A DNA stretch of 64,000 nt from an uncultured Bacteroidales bacterium. GTDB taxonomy: Bacteria > Bacteroidota > Bacteroidia > Bacteroidales > GCA-2748055. Shown here piece by piece: positions 19,707 to 29,863 of this stretch (position 1 is its first letter; the number at the start of each line of letters is the position of its first letter). Location: the NCBI GenBank assembly GCA_963779845.1, contig CAVZZV010000005.1:764245-828244 (forward strand), written 5' to 3'. The position numbers were made by a program, and so were the translations under genes. The notes under the pieces were generated by a model. The model saw only the letters and a program-made list of their open reading frames with translations. It was not told the DNA's origin and did no database searches.

Positions 19707-19786
19707 AAGACAAGGGGGTTGATCAATTTATCTCTGCCTGTAAATTTAAAAAAATTTAAGAGAGAGCCCAAATTCCTGTATTTGTA

Positions 19787-22700
19787 CTAAAGTTCCTTGA
19801 TTCGTATATTACTAAATTTCAGTTCCGAACCATGCCCAAGGAAACCGATAAAGCCTTTCTCACGTAATAATCCAGGATGCTCCTTTTGGTCCAAAGTACC
19901 ATTTTTGCTGGCTTCGGCAATGTCGCCATCCAGGATTATCACCCCGTTTAAAATGATTTTTATTTTGTTACCTCTGGCGATCACTTCCTCATGGTTCCAT
20001 TCGCCCACCGGATTCAAAAAGCCCCTTTTTGCGGGGATGACGCCATAGACAGATCCATGATATTGATATTCGTGCAGTTTTGAATAAATGCCTGCTGAAT
20101 TGTCCAGGATTTGCAATTCCATTCCCATGTAGGCTGCATCCCCTTCGAGAGGGGCCCGGATCCCCAGGCCATTATTTGCTCCTGGGGTTAGTTGGAATTC
20201 AAACCGGAACACAAAATCGCCGTATTCCTTCTCAGTGAATAGATTTCCATGACCGTTCATTTTCGGTTTTACGATTAGTTCTCCATTTTCGGCATGATAA
20301 TCTGTTTTATTGCCCTGCCAACCATCGAGGTTTTTACCATTAAACAGCGATACAAAACCATCGGCCTTTTCTTTTTCTGTAAGTCCTATTTCATGTGTAT
20401 TGATTTCACGTACATATATTTCCCTGAACGCCAACTCATTTCCATGAGCCTGCAATTCAATGGGGCCTGACTCAAATATTGGCTGGCTGCGGTCCCAGTA
20501 ATTTTCAAATGGGACATTTTCCACCACCAGTTCTCCATTAAGATATACCGTTACATTCTCCCCTATCATGGTAATATGAAAGGTATTCCATTCACCAACC
20601 GGGTTGTCGGCAACTTTCAGTGGCTTGCTCTCATTAATCTTGTTATTGTACAATCCACCTGAACCTACCTGCGCGCCCACTTCAACGCGTGAAGTATCCC
20701 AAATCTGAACCTGGGGAGTACCCCGTAAATAGAATCCGCTGTCCCCGTTTTTGGTTATTTTCCAATCTGCCAGCAATTCAAAATCGCCATAATCCTTCAC
20801 CGAGCATAGATTGTCCCCCGTCCCGTTAAATATGATCGATCCGTCCCTCACGCTCCAGTTTTCAAACATTTTAAGGTTTGCCTCCGATTGCTTTTTCAGC
20901 AATTCCTCACGGCTCATTTTGGCTCTGGCAATAGGATTCTCTACCAGTCCTTGCCAGCCATCCAGGTTCCTGCCGTTGAACATAGAAACAAAACCCTCCT
21001 CATCGGACATGTTTTCCAAATAGTTTTTAATATTTATCCGGTCAGATTGACTGTCTTCTCCGGTTAATTTCATGGAGGCACGTTCAAGCAAATCATGCAC
21101 TATCTTCCCTGAAAAGCCATTTCCCTCTCCTGAGGGCAGGGCAACCTTCATGATAGCAAAGGCTGCGGTTGTTCCCAATTCTTTATCGTCCAGAAATTGT
21201 CTGAGATAAACCAGCGATAAGAAAGTTTTCAGGTTCCCGATGGAAGAAATAATTTCCTTTTTATTTTTTAAGGAGGATGAATAGGGCATGATTTTGCGAT
21301 ATTGAAGGAGCTTTTGGTCGTCGGGTAAATTCAGATGAACCCACCAGGCTTATGAAACTGGCGGTTGCCTTATCCCGATAATCGCCATCATTATTCTTAC
21401 TAATTTCAAAAAGAGTGTTGGTGATGGAAAAATCCTTCCACCGCGTAAGGGCTTTGAAGGAAGCGGCCTTCAAAAGACCTGTTGAGGTATCAAAATAATT
21501 TTTCAGGACTCCAAGGGCGACGGGTCCCCCAATTTCCGGGAGTAGACTTATAATTCTTTCTTTTCTATCTGTTTTTTCCAGAATGGAAAGCAACTTCCCT
21601 TCTTTTTTTTGTTCCTCTTTAATATCCTTCGCGACCTCGACAATCGCCATTTGAACCTGGGAAATCTCATTTTTGTCCTGAACAGAGAGAAGCAAGGCAA
21701 TCAGTTCGTCCAGATCAGTATCTGCCGAAACATTTTTTAGTGCTGCAAAGGCTGCGGACCTTACCTCAGGATCAGTCGATGAGGTGGAAGCCATTATTTC
21801 ATTAAAATACATGGTCCCAGCCATCGCACCCATTAATTCAATAAATGCCGCTTTGGCCTTTTCCTGGCTTTTCCTCATTTCTTCCGCAACAAGGACGAGG
21901 CTTTCCCGGTCGAGCAGTTGACTTAGAACTGTCTTACCTGTTTCAATATCCTCCCCTTTTGCCAGGTGAGCCAATAAAATGGGAATAGCCTCTTTTTTTT
22001 GCAATTTTGAGAGAGCTATTATTGATTGTTCACGAACATTTGACGACTGACTTTCCAGGTTTTCAGTTAAAAAACTAATGGCAAGAATATCTCCACGCCG
22101 CCCAAGCATCATAATAATTTCTGCTTTTGTTTCATCGCTGGATGATTTGGCTTCTTTAATCCATTTTTGGGTATCGGCCATCCCCCCCAGATCTTCTGCC
22201 AGGTTTAGTGCAGAAAACCGAAAAGCTTTATCAGGACTATCCATGGCTTTTATAAGAAGTGGTGTAGCCTCGTAACCAAAGTTTGCAACGTAAATGGACA
22301 AAGCTTTGGAATAATTATGCAGGAGTTCATCCGATCGGTTAAGATTAAAAATTGCTTTACATGCTTTTTTACATAATACCATTTCGCCCTGTTCGCTTAA
22401 ACGGGTTGTATAATTTAAAAATGCTGCCGCGGCATTTGTAGGTTCAGACTTAAACTGAACCGCTTTGGCAGCTTTAAGCAGGATTTTGTATGATTCCGGC
22501 GAACCAATATTGGCCAGTGCTTCGAGCGCAGTTCTTCGCAACCTGGTCTCATCGGAGTCAACCATTGGGGAGATAAAAACTATAGCCTCTTTAACCCTCA
22601 ATTCGCCAAGGGCGTGAACCAAAGTCGACTTACATTTCCCTGCAACTATAGGAAGTGATGACAAGATTTCCCTGGCTGCATGCTCATTATGAATGGCAAG

Positions 22701-23171
22701 GAGTGTTTGGGTAGCTGGTTCGCACAGATTTTCGTCCTTTAAGTAACCAGAGATTTCGGGAATCGTCCTGTCCCCTCCTACCAGGTTTAGCTGGCTCAAT
22801 AAAAATGTTTTGATCTCAGTATTATTTTCTGATTTCAAAGCCTGTAAAAAACCCTCTTCGCTGAATGTCCGTGCTTCATCCCTCCCTGCAAGGCTGGAAT
22901 ACCCGGCCAGACTGTTAAGGGCAAAGCGGACTTTCGTATCATCGCCCACACCGTCCGGGGTCAATAGTGATGCGATTTTCTGTAACCCTTCCGGCCCCAT
23001 TTGAATGATTTCCTCCATCACCTTGTCCAGTTGGGACAAATTCTTAATCGGCATTTGCGCCAAAACATCGGCCACCTTAGTGTCCAGGGTGCGGTTATCC
23101 TGGGAAAAACCTTCAACACTGATCACCATGGCCAAAACAAGCAGCAATAGCTTATAAATATTTGTTTCCAT
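19787..23171 (-). pseudogene. secreted HEAT-repeat protein fused to two DUF1080 (3-keto-disaccharide hydrolase-like) domains, interrupted by a 1-nt frameshift
   Basis: ORF 21261..23171 (signal peptide plus HEAT/ARM-like repeats) and ORF 19787..21289 (2 x DUF1080: FNGRNLDGWQG...W.VRDGSI... and FNGKNLDGWQG...) overlap by 29 nt. Upstream of its ATG the downstream frame still reads sensibly (LNLPDDQKLLQYRKIMPYSS). The frame change must lie within 21261..21352. The span is 3385 nt = 3n+1. Confidence 0.6.
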
Positions 23172-23514
23172 TTATGTTTTGGTGTATGTTCCTTACAAAT
23201 CTATAATAAAAGGGTTTAAAAATCGAATAAAAGTGAAGCGAAAAATTTCTGGCCTACTCAGCATGTGCCTTATTCTTAGGAACAGGCTCAAATAGCGGAA
23301 AAACCTAATATCGTTTTATTCGATTCCATTGACCAGGGCCTTGATACCTTTGGGTATTAGGACAATCCGGAGGGAAGATAGGGGACTTCACAGGTACAGG
23401 ATGATGTCTTGATTACACCCCGACTATCGAAATATTTACTCATCCTTGTACGAAACACAATTCATTTTACTATATTCGTAGCCTGAAAAAAACCAGGAAT
23501 AAAAGAACATATAA

Positions 23515-25653
23515 ATGGCAACATTACAGAAAATACGGAACAGGGCAGGTTTATTAATCGCGATCGTGGTGGGTATGGCATTATTCGCCTTCATATTAGG
23601 TGATGCGCTCTCTTCAGGTTCACAGCTTTTATCCAGAAAGCAGATGGAAGTCGCGGAAATAGATGGTGAGTCTATTTCTTATCAGGAATATAATGCTAAA
23701 ATAGAGGGTCTTTCCGAATTTTACCGTGCAAATTACCAGGTAAGTTCACTGGATCAGGAAACTATGGAAAGCATTCGTGAAGAAGTTTGGCAGAATACGG
23801 TACGCGATATCGTTCTTGGGGAGCGTGTCAGAGATCTTGGGATCAGGGTAAGTGTGGAGGAATTGAAAACCATGCTCATGGGCGACTCCATAAATACAGG
23901 GGGAACCAGCATGGTTATGGATGAGCCGCATCCAATTGTCAGAAGAATGTTTACAAATCCCGAAACCGGCGAATTTAACCGCATGCAAATGATGAACTAT
24001 TTCAATACCATCAGCGACGAGGTGTATAAAAATGAACGTAAGCGATGGGTCTATATTGAGGATCAACTGGTCAATGAGCGACTGGGTCAGAAATACTTCT
24101 CCATGGTGAGAAAAGGGCTACAACCGAACGTGCTTGAGGCACAGAATTTCGCGAAGGAAAACACAGCAACGGTTGATTTTAATTTCGTTTCTGTAAGTAT
24201 GAACACTATCCCCGACGAAGAAGTTACCGTGACGGAAGAGGAAATCAAAAAGTACTACGAAGAACACAAAAATGAATTCCAACAGAAAGACGAACGCAGC
24301 CTGGAATACGTGATCTTCAATATTCAACCCTCTAAGGAAGATGATGCACTTGCCTATGAATTTGTCGAACAAAGCAAGACCCCTTTTGAAAGAGCCCCAA
24401 ATGCGGTAAATTTTGTGAATAGCAATTCCGATCTTCCCTATGTTCAAAAAAGTTATGGATATAATGAGCTCCCGGAAAAAATCCGCGATTCAATTTTTAA
24501 CGCTCAACCGGGTTATGTCGCAGGTCCCTATTTCGATAATGAAGCCTACAAGCTCGCGCGGCTAATCGATTTCGTTCAAGTCCCGGACTCCGTCAGGGCA
24601 AGGCATATCCTTATTTCTCTTTCCGTGCAAAGAGACGAGGCCAGGGCGAAAGCCATTGCCGATAGCCTTAAAACACTTATTGACAATGGACAATCGTTCG
24701 AAATGCTCGCCAATGAATATTCAGCAGACCAATCGAACAAGCAGATTGGTGGCGACCTGGGCTGGTTTACCGAAGGTACTATGGTGAAACCCTTCTCCGA
24801 CGCTGCATTTAGCGGAAAGACCGGGGATGTTGTTGTAGTGAAAACCAGGTTTGGATATCACGTGATTAAAATTGAAGATCAAAGTCCACGGGTAAAGAAA
24901 GCTGATCTGGCAATATTGATCAGGCAACTAATGCCCAGCGACGAGACTTATCAGACCATCTACAGCCAGGCAGTGCAATTCAGGGCAGAAGCGAAAAATC
25001 TTAAAGAATTCCGTGACTTATACGCAAAGGAAAATATTACACCACGCTTCGCCACCGATTTTGCCAAAGACGCAAAGCAACTTCCCGGCCTGGAGGATTC
25101 CAGGGAAATCATTCGCTGGGCTTTTGAAAATGAAAAAAATTCAATTAGCCAGATTTTTGACCTCAACGACATGTATATTGTCGCGGCGCTTACCGATGTA
25201 AAGGAAAAAGGAGTGGCAAAACTCGAAAGGGTCCGGACCGAGATTGAAATTGCGATCAGGAAGCAGCAAAAACTCGAAAAACTAAAAGAAACAGTGGCAG
25301 AAAAGATATCATCTGTCAATAGTATTGACGATGCCGCCGAAGCACTTAACACGGAAGTTCAAAAAGCCGAAAAGGTAAGGTTTTCCAATCCCTACGTAAA
25401 TGGTTCCGGATTGGAACCCAAAGTTGTTGCCCTTGCTTTCCTGGTAGATCAGGAAAAACTCAGCAAACCGGTTATCGGGGAAAATGCCGTTTTCGTGATT
25501 CAGGTAAGTGAAAAAAGCATCCCCGAAACAGCAGATATTACTTCCGCGGAATTCAGATTGAAATATGCTATTGACAGCCGTGCAGCTTTTGAAGGATATG
25601 AGGCACTAAAGGAAAAAGCAGATATCGAAGATAAAAGGATTAAGTTTTATTGA
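23515..25653 (+). CDS. PpiD/SurA-like periplasmic chaperone, parvulin-type peptidyl-prolyl isomerase
   Basis: 712 aa. N-terminal membrane anchor (LLIAIVVGMALFAFILG). Parvulin domain (RARHILISL...GGDLGWFTEGTMVKPFSDAAF...TRFGYHVIKIED). Confidence 0.85.
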   Translation: MATLQKIRNRAGLLIAIVVGMALFAFILGDALSSGSQLLSRKQMEVAEIDGESISYQEYNAKIEGLSEFYRANYQVSSLDQETMESIREEVWQNTVRDIVLGERVRDLGIRVSVEELKTMLMGDSINTGGTSMVMDEPHPIVRRMFTNPETGEFNRMQMMNYFNTISDEVYKNERKRWVYIEDQLVNERLGQKYFSMVRKGLQPNVLEAQNFAKENTATVDFNFVSVSMNTIPDEEVTVTEEEIKKYYEEHKNEFQQKDERSLEYVIFNIQPSKEDDALAYEFVEQSKTPFERAPNAVNFVNSNSDLPYVQKSYGYNELPEKIRDSIFNAQPGYVAGPYFDNEAYKLARLIDFVQVPDSVRARHILISLSVQRDEARAKAIADSLKTLIDNGQSFEMLANEYSADQSNKQIGGDLGWFTEGTMVKPFSDAAFSGKTGDVVVVKTRFGYHVIKIEDQSPRVKKADLAILIRQLMPSDETYQTIYSQAVQFRAEAKNLKEFRDLYAKENITPRFATDFAKDAKQLPGLEDSREIIRWAFENEKNSISQIFDLNDMYIVAALTDVKEKGVAKLERVRTEIEIAIRKQQKLEKLKETVAEKISSVNSIDDAAEALNTEVQKAEKVRFSNPYVNGSGLEPKVVALAFLVDQEKLSKPVIGENAVFVIQVSEKSIPETADITSAEFRLKYAIDSRAAFEGYEALKEKADIEDKRIKFY

Positions 25654-25665
25654 AATAGATAAAGA

Positions 25666-25686
25666 GGGTTAAGCAAACCTTAACCC
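25666..25686. terminator. perfect 8-bp hairpin between the convergent PPIase and yqeY-like genes
   Basis: GGGTTAAG-caaac-CTTAACCC. It overlaps the yqeY-like stop codon. On the minus strand it is followed by the T-rich TCTTTATCTATTT. There is no T-tract on the plus strand. Confidence 0.35.
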
Positions 25687-26129
25687 AGCAGCTGCCTTAC
25701 TATTTCTGAAATCTTTTTACCATCTGCTTTTCCCGCCAGAGATTTGGTAGCTAAACCCATCACCTTCCCCATGTCCTGCATGCCAGAAGCCCCGGTTTCT
25801 GAAATAATCCTTTTTACTTCGGCAGTAATCTGCGCATCACTGAGTGGTGTTGGCAAATAGGAAGAAAGGATTTCGGCTTCATTTTTTTCAACAGCATAAA
25901 GGTCTTCCCTATTTTGCTCTTTATAAATTGCGGCAGATTCCCTTCGTTGTTTTACCAAACGCTGTAATATTTTCATTTCTTCTTCTTCGGTCAAAACCGA
26001 ACCCGCCCCTTTTTCTGTCCGGGCAAGCATAAAGGCGGTTTTGGCAGCCCTGAGGGCTTCGAGTTTTTCTTTTTCCCTGGCCTTCATGGCCAGCTTGATA
26101 TCCTCGTCCAATCGGTTGCTAAATGTCAT
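25680..26129 (-). CDS. GatB/YqeY domain-containing protein
   Basis: 149 aa. MTFSNRLDEDIKLAMKAREKEKLEALRAAK...AAIYKEQNREDLYAVEKNEAEILSSYLP. Confidence 0.85.
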   Translation of the reverse strand: MTFSNRLDEDIKLAMKAREKEKLEALRAAKTAFMLARTEKGAGSVLTEEEEMKILQRLVKQRRESAAIYKEQNREDLYAVEKNEAEILSSYLPTPLSDAQITAEVKRIISETGASGMQDMGKVMGLATKSLAGKADGKKISEIVRQLLG

Positions 26130-26237
26130 GGTCCTGCTTATGTATTTATATATCGGAATTCTCTATATTTTGATCAACAGGCAATGTAAAAATCTCCTCC
26201 TGATATCTTATGCTCTGTTTTAAGCAAGTTGAGAGGA

Positions 26238-27704
26238 TCAATCTACATTATCGTGAAGGTAGGAATTGTCAGGCCGCAATTTTGGTCCGCCATCCCCATC
26301 CTCGCTGAGTTTGAATTTCGAAATTTCCTGTTCCCTTCCATGGTTTTCCCCGCTCAGGGTTATTTTTTTCCTTATATAGGCAGGTTCGTTCTCCAGCTTA
26401 TCAATGGTTTCATTTTCATGCCCTGCATTATACGCTGATTTCAGCTTTTCATGAGCCGTTTTAAGGCTTCTTATTCTTTCGTTTCTCTTCCTGAGCTCCT
26501 CCTCCTGCTTGATTTCCCTCGCTCTTTTGTCATCAAACAGGAAAGATTGGTCCCCCAGACCATTGCTCACCTGAAACTCAATGGTCCTTTGGGTGATAAT
26601 ATTCCCTGAAGGCAGGTCCTTAATTTCAAACTCACCCCCAATGGGGAACATTTCTTCATTTTGGTCCTGGGGATGATCATTTAAAGCCACTTTATCGGGT
26701 TGTTTTTTAGAGGCGTAAAGCTCCGGAATGCTGTTCGCTCCGAATCCTGTGGCAATCACGGTTACACTAATGGATTCTCCTAGCGATTCATCCGTTCCGG
26801 TCCCCCAAATGACCAGGGCACTTTTATCGGCCGCATTGTTCACAAAGTCCGTAATTTCCCCTACTTCGTCCATACTCACTTCGTCTACGCCGGAAGTGAT
26901 ATTAAGCAATATGCTTTTCGCCCCGGTAATATCATTATTATTAAGTAAGGGGGAAGAGAGTGCTTCTTCAATTGCCTTCAGGGCACGCTTTTCACCGCTT
27001 GCTACCGCTGAACCAAGGATCGCCACTCCCGATTGTGTCATTACAGTTTCCACATCTGCGAAATCAACATTGATATATCCATGAACAGTGATGATCTCGG
27101 CTATACCCTTGGCTGCTTTGGTCAGAACATCATCGGCATGGGAAAAGGCAGCGGAGAGTTTTAAGTCGCCGTATACTTCCCTTAGCTTTTCATTATTGAT
27201 AACCAAAAGCGAATCGACATGCTGCCTCAGCTCATTGATCCCGTCAATGGCCTGATTGATCCTCTGCTGGCCCTCAAAACGGAAGGGAATGGTGACTATG
27301 GCCACCGTGAGGATTCCCATTTCACGGGAGATCCTTGCTATGACGGGTGCCGCTCCTGTACCGGTCCCTCCGCCCATCCCGGCGGTAATGAATACCATTT
27401 TCGTATTGCCCGATAGGATTTCTTTGATATCTTCGAGATTTTCCTTCGCGGCTTCCCTTCCTATATCAGGTTTATTACCGGCTCCCCGGCCTTCTGTAAG
27501 GGATTCGCCCAATTGAATTTTCACGGGAACCGGACTCGAAGTTAGCGCCTGGGCATCTGTATTGCAAATCACAAAATTTACATCACGAATGCCCTTTTTA
27601 TACATATGATTGACCGCATTACTGCCACCACCCCCAACCCCGATAACTTTTATTATTGAGGAGGCTTCTACAGGCAAGTCAAAACTCATGATATCTTCAG
27701 CCAT
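26238..27704 (-). CDS. ftsZ: cell division GTPase FtsZ
   Basis: 488 aa. [17 protein letters not shown], tubulin signature [15 protein letters not shown], and a long C-terminal linker and tail. Confidence 0.97.
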   Translation of the reverse strand: MAEDIMSFDLPVEASSIIKVIGVGGGGSNAVNHMYKKGIRDVNFVICNTDAQALTSSPVPVKIQLGESLTEGRGAGNKPDIGREAAKENLEDIKEILSGNTKMVFITAGMGGGTGTGAAPVIARISREMGILTVAIVTIPFRFEGQQRINQAIDGINELRQHVDSLLVINNEKLREVYGDLKLSAAFSHADDVLTKAAKGIAEIITVHGYINVDFADVETVMTQSGVAILGSAVASGEKRALKAIEEALSSPLLNNNDITGAKSILLNITSGVDEVSMDEVGEITDFVNNAADKSALVIWGTGTDESLGESISVTVIATGFGANSIPELYASKKQPDKVALNDHPQDQNEEMFPIGGEFEIKDLPSGNIITQRTIEFQVSNGLGDQSFLFDDKRAREIKQEEELRKRNERIRSLKTAHEKLKSAYNAGHENETIDKLENEPAYIRKKITLSGENHGREQEISKFKLSEDGDGGPKLRPDNSYLHDNVD

Positions 27705-27743
27705 AACAATAAATTTTAATTTTTTTAAATTCCGATTAAAGTA

Positions 27744-29069
27744 TTACATTCTTCCGTCACCTTCATCAAATATGTCGGTAAGGACGTTTTTAAGGGTATC
27801 AAAAAGTTTTCCCCTGGGTTTGTGTTTCCCTCCCTCAGGCTTTTCACCGGCGGGAAGGTCAATGGATACTTCCTCCTGCTGTAAATTCAAAGATTGGTCA
27901 ATGGGATTGTCATTCATATATTCGGCTCCTTTCAACAGGAGTCCAATGCTGGTAGCAAACATGGGCTGATTGATTTCCTCCCCCGTTTCCGCAGCAAGCT
28001 TTTCGCTTGGATAGCCTATCCTTACATCCATCCCGGTCTTGAACTTTACCAGCTGGGGCAAGTGGCGGAGCATGGCACCTCCTCCGGTAAGTACTATCCC
28101 AGCGGATAATTTATCTATGCACCCAGAATTTTCAATTTCATACATTACAGCATCCAGAATCTCCTCCATCCGGGATTGAATAATATAGGCGAGGCTCTTA
28201 CAACTGATTTCCTTTGGTTCCCGGCCACTAATCCCGGGAATGGTTACCACCTTATCTTCCGGTGCCAGATCACCCAGGGATGAACCGAACTGCACTTTGA
28301 GCGATTCAGCCTGACGTTGCAAAATGGAACAACCCTCCTTAATGTCTCTCGTGATCACATTTCCTCCAAACGGAATTACGGCGGTGTGACGGATAATATC
28401 ATCATAAAAGACCGCAACATCGGTAGTACCACCCCCAATGTCGACAAGGGCAACACCAGCTTCTTTCTCATCGCTGGTGAGTACGGCTTCACTCGAAGCC
28501 AGGGGCTCAAGGATCAATTGCTTAACATTCAGGTTGACCCTTTTGATGCATCGCTCAATATTCTTGGCGGAAGCCAGTTGCCCTATTACGATATGAAAAT
28601 TTGCCTCCAGACGTTTACCTGACATTCCAACAGGATTTTTAACCCCTGTTTCACTGTCGACAATAAAATTCTGCGGCAGTACATGGATAATTTCCTCCCC
28701 TATGTCCACCGGAATTTTATACATATCCCGAACTAATGAAAGGATATCCTCGCGGGTGATTTCCTGTTCATAACTGTCCCTGTTAATATATCCGCGATTA
28801 CGGACCGACTTAATGTGCTGTCCGGCGATGCCGACAAATACATCGATAAAATTTTTTCCCGATTTCTTTTGGGCATCCCTGACAGTGGTCTCAATCGCGT
28901 TTACTGTTTCCTCAATATTGAGAACCACTCCGCGCTTAACCCCTTTTGAAACCGTTTTGCTCATTCCCAGAACTTCGAGGCGCTGGTTCTCGTTAATTTT
29001 TCCGACAATGGAAACAATCTTGGTTGTCCCGATGTCGATTGCTGCTACAATTTGTTCTTTTTGTGCCAT
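27744..29069 (-). CDS. ftsA: cell division protein FtsA
   Basis: 441 aa. Actin-like ATPase motifs AAIDIGTTKIVSIVG, VDIGGGTTDVAVF, VLTGGGAML. Position is immediately upstream of ftsZ. Confidence 0.95.
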   Translation of the reverse strand: MAQKEQIVAAIDIGTTKIVSIVGKINENQRLEVLGMSKTVSKGVKRGVVLNIEETVNAIETTVRDAQKKSGKNFIDVFVGIAGQHIKSVRNRGYINRDSYEQEITREDILSLVRDMYKIPVDIGEEIIHVLPQNFIVDSETGVKNPVGMSGKRLEANFHIVIGQLASAKNIERCIKRVNLNVKQLILEPLASSEAVLTSDEKEAGVALVDIGGGTTDVAVFYDDIIRHTAVIPFGGNVITRDIKEGCSILQRQAESLKVQFGSSLGDLAPEDKVVTIPGISGREPKEISCKSLAYIIQSRMEEILDAVMYEIENSGCIDKLSAGIVLTGGGAMLRHLPQLVKFKTGMDVRIGYPSEKLAAETGEEINQPMFATSIGLLLKGAEYMNDNPIDQSLNLQQEEVSIDLPAGEKPEGGKHKPRGKLFDTLKNVLTDIFDEGDGRM

Positions 29070-29074
29070 GTTTA

Positions 29075-29863
29075 CTATCTTTTAGTGCAAATTATCTGGT
29101 TTTTATATTTTAAGTTGATTTTTTCATATATATTCCAGCCTTTGTATTTCAGGCCTTCTTCATAAAATACCCTCAACTTTCTAAATTTTTGCGCAAGGTC
29201 TTCAACATCCCCTAAAATTATCTGATGTGCACCCACCCTTGGGATCAACTCAAAATCTCCATCCCCGTTATAATAGATCTGTACAAATTGGGCATTTAGA
29301 AATTTATCTGATTTTATATATTCTGCCAGTTTCAATACCTCCTTCCATTCCCGAAAGCTCCTGTTTTCGGCCAGGTCAAAAACAGATACAGGTTTTTGAA
29401 GCTCCTGCCCTTCGGTAAAATAGCCGTTTGCGATCAGAATGAAAGGGGCGAAATTTCCATGGGCCGGGAGAATATATCCCTCCTTGTCCAGATAATAGGT
29501 GTGCTGCGAACGGGTAATGATCCGGACAATCGGCTTACGCTGGGTGATATCAGCCCTTAATTCACCGCTTACATTGAAAAACAGGTCAGCTTTTTTAATA
29601 TAGGGATTATCCATTAACCGGGCTTCAAGTATACGGGTATTGATATTCTTTACCGGATAACCAAGAATCTCATTGCCTGGGGCCAAAAGTATTTTCTCAA
29701 CGTCCCGTTTGTTAAAAAAGCCTGCATCCATGGAATCCAGCAGATTTATTTTCAGGTTTGAACATACCCTCTCTTCATCCCTGGTTGTGGTAAAACCAAG
29801 AGCGACAATCAGGTAGGCGATGATCGCGAGAAAGAAAAATATGTTAAGCCATTTTTTCATCAA
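29075..29863 (-). CDS. ftsQ: cell division protein FtsQ
   Basis: 262 aa. Single N-terminal TM (IFFFLAIIAYLIVALGF) and a POTRA-like region. Position is between murC and ftsA. Confidence 0.8.
   Translation of the reverse strand: MMKKWLNIFFFLAIIAYLIVALGFTTTRDEERVCSNLKINLLDSMDAGFFNKRDVEKILLAPGNEILGYPVKNINTRILEARLMDNPYIKKADLFFNVSGELRADITQRKPIVRIITRSQHTYYLDKEGYILPAHGNFAPFILIANGYFTEGQELQKPVSVFDLAENRSFREWKEVLKLAEYIKSDKFLNAQFVQIYYNGDGDFELIPRVGAHQIILGDVEDLAQKFRKLRVFYEEGLKYKGWNIYEKINLKYKNQIICTKR

Noticed and set aside
23340-23400. Possible SRP (4.5S) RNA: the segment …AATCCGGAGGGAAGATAGG… superficially resembles the conserved …GGUCCGGAAGGAAGCAGC… domain IV.
   Set aside because: The GNRA tetraloop context and the AGCAGC strand are missing. 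I also cannot fold the flanks into the long SRP helix.
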